Assembly (NCBI GenBank): GCA_043827405.1
Contig: JBDRPD010000015.1
Coordinates: forward strand, 1 to 33,502
Reading direction: 5' to 3'
From: Elusimicrobiota bacterium
GTDB lineage: Bacteria; Elusimicrobiota; Elusimicrobia; UBA1565
Length of the DNA: 33,502 nucleotides
In this document: one piece after another, positions 27,660-33,502 of the stretch
How positions within the stretch are numbered: the first letter of the stretch is position 1
Layout of the letters: every line of letters begins with the position of its first letter
The notes under the pieces: model-generated
Databases searched by the model: none
What the model was told of the DNA's origin: nothing
Seen by the model: the letters and a program-made list of their open reading frames with translations, nothing else
Program-made: the position numbers and the translations under genes

Positions 27660-28707
27660 TGGTGACCTTGGGTTCTATGAAGCGTTCGTAGATCATCTGA
27701 GCCGTCTCAGCTTCGCGCGCGCCGCCGGCCTCTAGAAGCTCCGCGTAGATCAGAAGCGGCGTCGCCAGAGGCCATGGCCCCTGGGTTTCATCCCCCACGG
27801 CTGCCGTTCCGAACAGACGCAGCAAAGTGACATTTCCGCCTGCTTCATCGCGGAGCATGGGCTCCTGCTTGAGGGCTTCTCTTGCCCGATCATTCACGAA
27901 GAGCGTGATTGCATCCGGCTCAAGATAATGAGTCAGCTCACGAGCGGCCATCCCGCCGGTGATCGCCCAGCGGCCTTCTCCCATGTTGGCAAAACGAAGG
28001 GCGAAGTCATCCACGATTTCCTCGGGTTTGCGCGCCTTGTGCCGGTAGCGTCCCAGGAGGCATGTCGGACGCAGCTTTAGCGCATACCCCCGCACGAAGA
28101 GCTCGATCAGTGCCTTGATATCCCCGAATCGGCGCTTGCCTTTGGCCGCAGGCAAGATCCACTGCCGCCGCTTGAGTTCCCGCATGACCGCATGTACGGT
28201 CGCTAGGCCGACACCGGCTTGTTCAGCGATCGTCCGCAAGGGATCGCCCACTGCGGGCGGATGGGTCAGCAGGTAGTGGACGACCTTCAAGCCTCCAGGC
28301 TGGATCAGCCTACCGGGCTCAGTCTTGAGCGGACGATCAGGCTTCTTCCCGCGGATATCCACGACCACATGCGGAGGCTTTCGGATGAAGATGTTTCCCT
28401 GCGCGTCAACGAAGAATACCCCGGCTTTACGGAACTCCTCTGCGACCGGCTCTGGAATCCAATCCGCGAAAAGCACGGCCTCGCCCGCCAGGGGTCTCAT
28501 ATGGAGGATGATGTGGCCTGCCTGGTTTCTAGTTGTGGGCTGGGCTTTGGCCTCGCCAGTCAAATTTAGGGGTGGCCTTGTGCCGATGTGGAGGAAGAAA
28601 TCATGGGGCCCCCTGTTGATTTGGTCCAGATCTACGGGCAGATCGGGGCCTAGGGCATCCCGGAGGTGTCCAAGGCAAGCCTGGATGAATGGGGTCATGT
28701 TCCGCAT
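27652..28707 (-). CDS. AbiEi-family type IV antitoxin / winged-helix regulator
   Basis: FVDAQGNIFI, HTH LRTIAEQAGVGLATVH, WAITGG.AA..LT.YL.P, ATPLLIYAELL, ARE.ETA. Overlaps the toxin start. Confidence 0.82.
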   Translation of the reverse strand: MRNMTPFIQACLGHLRDALGPDLPVDLDQINRGPHDFFLHIGTRPPLNLTGEAKAQPTTRNQAGHIILHMRPLAGEAVLFADWIPEPVAEEFRKAGVFFVDAQGNIFIRKPPHVVVDIRGKKPDRPLKTEPGRLIQPGGLKVVHYLLTHPPAVGDPLRTIAEQAGVGLATVHAVMRELKRRQWILPAAKGKRRFGDIKALIELFVRGYALKLRPTCLLGRYRHKARKPEEIVDDFALRFANMGEGRWAITGGMAARELTHYLEPDAITLFVNDRAREALKQEPMLRDEAGGNVTLLRLFGTAAVGDETQGPWPLATPLLIYAELLEAGGAREAETAQMIYERFIEPKVTNG

Positions 28708-28762
28708 ATCGCCTCTGTTCCGTTATATGGAACAGTATAAATTACGGAACATATTTTGTCAA
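28697..28762 (-). promoter_or_regulatory. TA promoter with four nested TGTTCC operator boxes
   Basis: TTGACA (28757-28762), 17 nt, TATACT (28734-28739). Boxes at 28698, 28716, 28728 and 28745. Confidence 0.8.
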
Positions 28763-28857
28763 TAGCAAATATTCTATTAGTAAAAACAAGCAAAATCGCA
28801 AGTCCAGCCGGCTGCGCCTTGCTTTCTTGGTAAACCCACGCTAGAGTCATGGAGTAA

Positions 28858-28975
28858 GTGGCTTCATATCTCGAACGCTTCACTGAGCATCTTGCCCGGC
28901 AGCGCCGGTACTTCCTTCGTAGCATCGAGACCTATGGCTACGCGGTCAAAGCGTATCTGGCCTCTCTCGCCTCCA
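28858..28975 (+). pseudogene. XerC/XerD-like tyrosine recombinase N-terminal fragment
   Basis: YLERFTEHLARQRRY..RSIETYGYAVKAYL matches the integrase N-terminal SAM-like pattern. No catalytic domain follows. Confidence 0.55.
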
Positions 28976-29105
28976 GGGCCAGCCCCGCTTCTTCCATCTC
29001 TCCAACAATTCTCGTTGCTTTCACAGGTACGTCCTCCTCCGCCCTACTCACTAATTCCGGAACCTAAATCTGTCTCATCTTATCTTGGCAAAAAGGGAGG
29101 CGGCG

Positions 29106-29771
29106 ATGCGGCTTGAGGCCGCTGAGAACCGTAGAGAGGAAAACCATGCAAAAAAGTTCAGTGCCCTACCTGCAGGGGCAAGTAAGACCAAAAGGGTAAC
29201 TGGACAAAAAAGTCATAAAAAATCGGCCCTTCCCAATTCAGGGAAGGGCCGAAGTTACCCTATCCAAAGATTCTCCCCAGGTAGGACGAAAAGGGGAACA
29301 CTGAAAACCGTCGTAAATATCGACGGAATCCTTCCACCAGACCTGCGCACGGCCTCGCTGGGCGAGAAAATCCGCTATGTCCGGCGCCGTTTGGGGCTCT
29401 CATGTAAGGAACTCGCACGCCGCGCCGGGATCGGAAACAACACCCTGACGCGGCTTGAGAGGGGGGAGGGTAAGGCGATCGACGCGGTGGTCGGCCGCGT
29501 CCTCCGGGCGCTCGGACCCGCCCTGGCCGAGGCATTTCCCGGGACTCAGGACATCTTCGACCTGCTTTTTCCATCCACGAGCTTCGGAGATTGGCTGCGC
29601 AACTTTCGGCTGCGCCGAGGCCTCCAGCAGAGGGAACTTGCCGAAATTCTAGGACTTAATAAGGTAAGCGTGTGCAGGTATGAGAAGAATATTGTCAAGC
29701 CGCAGGAAGCCATACTAAAACGACTCAGGAGGAAATTCAATCTCAATGGGGAATTCGAGCGCTACTTATAG
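29106..29771 (+). CDS. Tandem double XRE-HTH protein, copy 2, with N-terminal leader crossing att-like sites C and D
   Basis: AAGGGAGG RBS 5 nt before ATG 29106. Two HTH domains; paralogous to 26149-26646. Confidence 0.78.
   Translation: MRLEAAENRREENHAKKFSALPAGASKTKRVTGQKSHKKSALPNSGKGRSYPIQRFSPGRTKRGTLKTVVNIDGILPPDLRTASLGEKIRYVRRRLGLSCKELARRAGIGNNTLTRLERGEGKAIDAVVGRVLRALGPALAEAFPGTQDIFDLLFPSTSFGDWLRNFRLRRGLQQRELAEILGLNKVSVCRYEKNIVKPQEAILKRLRRKFNLNGEFERYL
29173..29201 (-). repeat. att-like site C
   Basis: AGTAAGACCAAAAGGGTAACT (29181-29201) matches site B 26155-26175 at 20 of 21 positions; the left half differs. Confidence 0.6.
29216..29302 (-). repeat. att-like site D: tRNA-Asn-like 3' fragment plus terminator
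   Basis: Minus strand GTCCTACCTGGGGAG (29273-29287), then a perfect 12-bp hairpin (29223-29252) and T run. Confidence 0.65.
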
Positions 29772-30168
29772 CACAGTCCCACACGACCAACAGCTGAGAA
29801 GAGACTGGTGGCCGCTTACACGGCTGCTGATCGTGGCGTCCGTTCTCGCGTCACAAGCCTACTGGGCCTTTGGGTGGCGGGTTCCTCTCGCGGATCTGCC
29901 GGCGCTGGGGGGGAGAATCTTGACGGCTATGTTCGGTATGGCGCTTATATCCGGCGCGCTGGTTTATCTCTGCGCTCTGCTTCTCATGTTGTTGCTGTTG
30001 GCCTTCATATTGATGAACGGCTACAGCTACGACGCCTGCTACTGGACGTTCCGAAACATTTTCAGGCTTCGATCCCACCGTCTTCGCGCAGGCTTCTCGC
30101 TCGCGGGAGAACTCGCTCTCTTTGTCTACGGTTTCTTCTTGCTACGCTGCCTTCTCGCCGTGTTATAA
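29746..30168 (+). CDS. Small hypothetical membrane protein (3-4 TM)
   Basis: Hydrophobic ORF overlapping the end of the HTH gene; its N-terminus is conserved in copy 1. Confidence 0.65.
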   Translation: MGNSSATYSTVPHDQQLRRDWWPLTRLLIVASVLASQAYWAFGWRVPLADLPALGGRILTAMFGMALISGALVYLCALLLMLLLLAFILMNGYSYDACYWTFRNIFRLRSHRLRAGFSLAGELALFVYGFFLLRCLLAVL

Positions 30169-30311
30169 CTCCGTTCCAATCATGGACTGCCCATGTCGGA
30201 TGCGCATACAACCAGACCTCTCTCAGACTCAATACTTAGGCAGAAAGCCGTACGCTTTTGTGGGGGAACGTCACGAGGAGGACGGCTAGCAGGAAGACCA
30301 CATTCATGGCC

Positions 30312-30671
30312 CTATTCATTAGAATGGCCAGGACAATCTTGTATGTGCATTGATATGTCGGTATACATCTCGTCACATCTGGGACAGCGCTGAGGCCTCA
30401 AGGGCAGATGCCTCGGGTTCCTCGGGCGGTGCGGGGCGCTCTCATGGACAAGTCTGAGCGCATCTTCCAAAAGCATCTTCCGCTTCACAGGTTCCGGTTT
30501 AGGAGTCCCGCATTTTTCACAAGGATATTCGGCCGCTATAGTATTCGCATACGCTTTGTTAACGCCGCCTGGAGGCAACTCCAGTCCATGCTTCTTTATG
30601 AGGCAGTTGATGTAAGTCTCATGTCGACATTTCGCGCAAACAAAAAAGAAGGCTGGTATTTCTTTGGACAT
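30312..30671 (-). CDS. Hypothetical Zn-binding protein (CxxC x3)
   Basis: CAKC, CEKC, CPRC...H...C. Confidence 0.6.
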   Translation of the reverse strand: MSKEIPAFFFVCAKCRHETYINCLIKKHGLELPPGGVNKAYANTIAAEYPCEKCGTPKPEPVKRKMLLEDALRLVHESAPHRPRNPRHLPLRPQRCPRCDEMYTDISMHIQDCPGHSNE

Positions 30672-30808
30672 GGTTAAACGTCGCGAGTTGTTGACGGGCG
30701 CATACGGGGAGTTTACTGCTCGGCGGGGAGGAGGGCAAGGGGGGAAATCCCCCCTCGTAGGTGCTATTGCTAAACGGGTTTTCTGAGCTTATATTATGTA
30801 CAGATCCC

Positions 30809-31062
30809 ATGTCGAAATCCATTCTTCTGGTTTGTAAGAATTGTGGCTACGAGAAATCGCTCAATAGTGTGCGTCAGCGCATCGCAGACGCTTGGCGAAT
30901 TTCTCTCACTGCCGTTGAGGGCAGGGTGCGCCGGAATTCAGGGAAATTGAGATGCTCATCATGCGGCCAAAAGGGCGGAGTTCGGCTAAAGAGCCTCGGT
31001 TCTCCTGATCCAGAAAAAAAGAAATCAAAGGAATACCACGGCCCTACGACTATCCAGGGTTT
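30809..31062 (+). pseudogene. Hypothetical Zn-ribbon protein interrupted by the IS3 element
   Basis: MSKSILLVCKNC...CSSCG; the frame runs into the IS end at 31063. Confidence 0.55.
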
Positions 31063-31088
31063 TGTTGAGGCTAAGGAAGTGTTGCGGG

Positions 31089-32099
31089 TCAAGCGTTTTG
31101 GGACTTTTCTCCGTCATTTGATCTTTGCGACTCGAGCCGCCGAGCTCGGTTATATTCCTTCCGTCTTTGAAGCGTCTGCCGCTTAATCTCGGCTCTCCGC
31201 TTCAATATCTCATCCATCCGCCCCGCGTAGACATCATCAGGGCAGACGTTCTTCAACTTCTCACGCGGCGTCTTATTGTGCGCTTCCACTGCTGCCGCGA
31301 CCGCCTCCCTCAACTCCTCCGGCGAGCAGTAGACCAGGAGCCGCACTCGCCCCTTGATCTTCTTGTTCACCGCCTCCACCTTTCCCTGCGTCTGAGGATG
31401 GTAAGGACGCCCGAAGATGTGCCGGATGCCGTGCAGCCCTAGATATTGCCGCAACTGCGACCCCGTGAAGCCAGGGCCGTTGTCCGAAAGCAGCAACGGC
31501 TTCTCTTTGAGCTCATGGCCGGCTGCTCGGGCCGCCTCCATCGCCTCTTCCACCGCGTCGGCGATCGACAGCGAGGATTCGTCCGGCATGACCGGCATCG
31601 CCAGAATCTTACGCGAGTAGTCGTCGACGACCGGGATGGCTTTGTAATAACCCCAACCGGCGACGAACATGTTGGTCCCGTCGCACTGCCAGATCTGGTC
31701 GGGAGCTGTCGTCTTGTGCTGCCATTCCTTCTTCGCAGGCAGGTCTGCGAGCGCGCGAGGCTCGATGAGGCCGCGGGCCTTCAGCATCCGAAACAGCGTC
31801 GATTCCGATACCGCGATCTTGTCCTCGTCGAGGAGCTTCGTCGAAAGCAGTCTCGGGCTCAATTCGGGGTGAGCCTTCGCTACTTCCAATGAGCGCTTCT
31901 CTTCTTCGGGAAGAAGCTTCATCCAGGAATCCGGCGGACCGCCTTTCCGTTCAAGGCCTTTGATCCCGCCCTTCTCGTAGTTCTTCCGCCAGCGATAGAA
32001 GGTTGAGCGAGGGATCTTCGTGGCCACGAGCCGTTTTTCGCGTCCGCGTCCTCCAGATTCTACCGCTTCTACGAGCCCCGCGCGCTCCACAGCCTTCAT
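31089..32099 (-). CDS. IS3-family transposase OrfB (DDE integrase core)
   Basis: WQCD, VVDDYSR, LLSDNG, PYHPQTQGKVE. Confidence 0.9.
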   Translation of the reverse strand: MKAVERAGLVEAVESGGRGREKRLVATKIPRSTFYRWRKNYEKGGIKGLERKGGPPDSWMKLLPEEEKRSLEVAKAHPELSPRLLSTKLLDEDKIAVSESTLFRMLKARGLIEPRALADLPAKKEWQHKTTAPDQIWQCDGTNMFVAGWGYYKAIPVVDDYSRKILAMPVMPDESSLSIADAVEEAMEAARAAGHELKEKPLLLSDNGPGFTGSQLRQYLGLHGIRHIFGRPYHPQTQGKVEAVNKKIKGRVRLLVYCSPEELREAVAAAVEAHNKTPREKLKNVCPDDVYAGRMDEILKRRAEIKRQTLQRRKEYNRARRLESQRSNDGEKSQNA

Positions 32100-32497
32100 C
32101 CTTCGGTGCCAGCCTCGCCCGATACGCTCAGACTTTTTTTAAAAAGCGCCAGTTGGAGCGCGTGCTCTGCCAGGAGTTCCTTGAGCTGGCTATTCTCGCG
32201 CTTCAGGCTCTTCACCTCGGCCGCGTTAGCCTGACGCAGACTATCGCCCTTAAGCCGCGCCTTGCCGGCCTCCATGAAGTCCTTGAGCCAACTGTAATAA
32301 AGCGCCGACGAGATGCCTTCCCGGCGACAGAGGTCTGCGATCGAGACCTCTCGCTTCATCCCTTCGATGATGATCCGAATCTTTTCTTCAGCCTGAAACT
32401 TCTTCCTCGTCCGACGCCGCACACGCTTCAGGAAATGATCCGCGGTGGGCGCTACAGCCTTATCTCCATTTCCAGCTACCTGAACTGCTGTTTCCAT
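32096..32497 (-). CDS. IS3-family transposase OrfA (HTH)
   Basis: RKKFQAEEKIRII...IADLCRREGIS..LYYSW.KDFMEAGK. A7 slippery run at 32134-32140, with the -1 frame open into orfB. Confidence 0.9.
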   Translation of the reverse strand: METAVQVAGNGDKAVAPTADHFLKRVRRRTRKKFQAEEKIRIIIEGMKREVSIADLCRREGISSALYYSWLKDFMEAGKARLKGDSLRQANAAEVKSLKRENSQLKELLAEHALQLALFKKSLSVSGEAGTEG

Positions 32498-32585
32498 GAC
32501 TGCCTCCGTGTCTATTTTACCGCCTCAGACACGGCTTGATTCGCAAAGATTTAAACGGCACGAACTGTCCCACAGAGTATAAACC

Positions 32586-32822
32586 TCAACAATAGATTCG
32601 AATTGAAGTTTTAACATCGTTTCGCTGAAGCCACTTTTCAAAAGTTAATGTCTCTCCCGTGTTTTCCCGCGCAGTATTAACGTCCCATGCTGCATAGCCA
32701 TTAATTGTCTTTTTACTCCTTAGATTAACCTGGACCCCGCGAAGTTCCCAACATCCCGAGGTCGTAGGCAATGCCAGAGATAAGACCAGTGCGCCTAAAA
32801 TGGTTGGTAATTTACTGGTCAT
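32586..32822 (-). pseudogene. Integron cassette ORF (signal peptide), truncated by IS3
   Basis: GAGGAG RBS just after the attC R' box, low GC; the final TGT TGA comes from the IS end. Confidence 0.6.
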
Positions 32823-32866
32823 CAACTCCTCATTATTTCTGTAATCAGATTGTTTTGATCAAGTGC

Positions 32867-32942
32867 GTCTAACGGATTACGCTAAGCCGCCGCTACCCAG
32901 CGGCGGGACCTAACAAGCGGGCGGCTTAAGCGCTTGTTAGGC
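32867..32942 (-). other. Integron attC recombination site (76 bp)
   Basis: Minus strand R'' GCCTAAC, L'' arm CTTAAGC with an extra base against L' GCTTAG, R' GTTAGAC. Starts 10 nt after the upstream stop codon. Confidence 0.85.
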
Positions 32943-32952
32943 GCTTTTCATC

Positions 32953-33381
32953 TCACTGTACGTGTTTTCCACTCTTCTGTTGAGAAGTAAGACCCTTTGT
33001 CTTCAGCTCTCCGAGTGCTTTATTCAAAATCCATAGTGCGCAAATTGCCGCTACGGTAAATAACGGGATGGAATATATTCCGGCAAAATAAACGATCTCA
33101 AATGCCCAGTCGGGGAAGGGGGCGATACCAATCAAAAACCATCCGAAAACGCCACTAATAAAGACTTCCCCGCAAGCCACTTGATATACAAGATTATTCC
33201 TCCCTCGAACCAATTGCCACAACTGAAAGGCTACCAGTATTAAGAAACCACCCCAAATAGCAGATACTCCGACAAAGATGCAGGCATAAAGCACCGTTCC
33301 GTATTGGCTAACAGAATTGGCAACTGAGAGGATGTGTGTAAGTCCCTGTGCTAGCACTATGAGTGTCAATATGCAAAGCAC
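32953..33381 (-). CDS. Integron cassette membrane protein (about 4 TM), start uncertain
   Basis: Low-GC hydrophobic ORF ending just before the attC. Confidence 0.65.
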   Translation of the reverse strand: MLCILTLIVLAQGLTHILSVANSVSQYGTVLYACIFVGVSAIWGGFLILVAFQLWQLVRGRNNLVYQVACGEVFISGVFGWFLIGIAPFPDWAFEIVYFAGIYSIPLFTVAAICALWILNKALGELKTKGLTSQQKSGKHVQ

Positions 33382-33418
33382 CCAAGAGGCGGCGTCCCGA
33401 TAGCTGGAGAAATTTAAA

Positions 33419-33488
33419 AAGCGTAACCTCTGGTTGATGAAATCAACTTAGGCCAGTTAGAGCTGGCCGACACCGAGAGGTTACGCTT
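33419..33488. other. Branched inverted-repeat element (three-way junction), possible atypical attC
   Basis: Perfect 13-bp stem AAGCGTAACCTCT/AGAGGTTACGCTT enclosing two hairpins. Confidence 0.5.
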
Positions 33489-33502
33489 AATGAATGGTAC
33501 CA

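Larger units (their letters stand above)
31063..32591 (-). mobile_element. IS3-family insertion sequence (about 1.53 kb)
   Basis: Imperfect terminal IRs TGTTGAGG...TG(C/T)GGG(T/A)CA at both ends; orfA/orfB arrangement; no target duplication. Confidence 0.88.

Noticed and set aside
23445..29302. CRISPR array or intact tRNA genes at the repeated sites
   Set aside because: Spacing is irregular (kb-scale, plus one 99-bp unit), there are no cas genes, and only the last 15 nt of a tRNA are present.
26535..29733. DGR template/variable repeat pair
   Set aside because: Differences between the duplicated copies are not confined to adenines, and there is no reverse transcriptase.
33432..33475. Hammerhead ribozyme resemblance (TTGATGA...GGCC...GGCCGACAC)
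   Set aside because: The core would need CUGANGA and GAAA. Here it is UUGAUGA, sequestered in a hairpin, and GACA.

Overview
Bacterial, GC-rich window in two parts. The left part (1-22130) looks like core chromosome: the 3' end of an IS630 element, a group 1/2-like sigma-70 factor, an HtrA/DegP protease, a HEAT-repeat lipoprotein, a large secreted hypothetical, DUF924, an FGE-like protein, a GT-C/TPR membrane protein, an HpnO-like aminotransferase, an SGNH hydrolase and an N-terminally damaged MOT1 transporter. It also holds a minus-strand regulon: SH3 protein, PAS histidine kinase and REC-ANTAR regulator, followed by a small ORF, Na+/solute symporter, HDAC-family deacetylase and AblB-like acetyltransferase. 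Both operons of that regulon have twin-hairpin plus terminator leaders with unusual 7-nt loops. rsgA follows, with a leader-peptide attenuator candidate. The right part (22130-33502) is an accessory mosaic: an XRE/AAA-ATPase pseudogene chimera, a PadR-APC permease-methyltransferase unit, two copies of a double-HTH plus membrane gene module, an AbiE-type toxin-antitoxin pair, a tyrosine-recombinase fragment, two divergent Zn-ribbon genes, an IS3 element and integron-type cassettes with an attC. The most striking unexplained structure is four related att-like sites (23491, 26148, 29174, 29273). Three of them read as tRNA-Asn-like 3' ends followed by terminators on the minus strand. They bound integrase-less segments, and the homology of the double-HTH ORFs begins in frame at the 26148 and 29273 sites. 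All protein calls come from motif recognition by eye; no searches were run.
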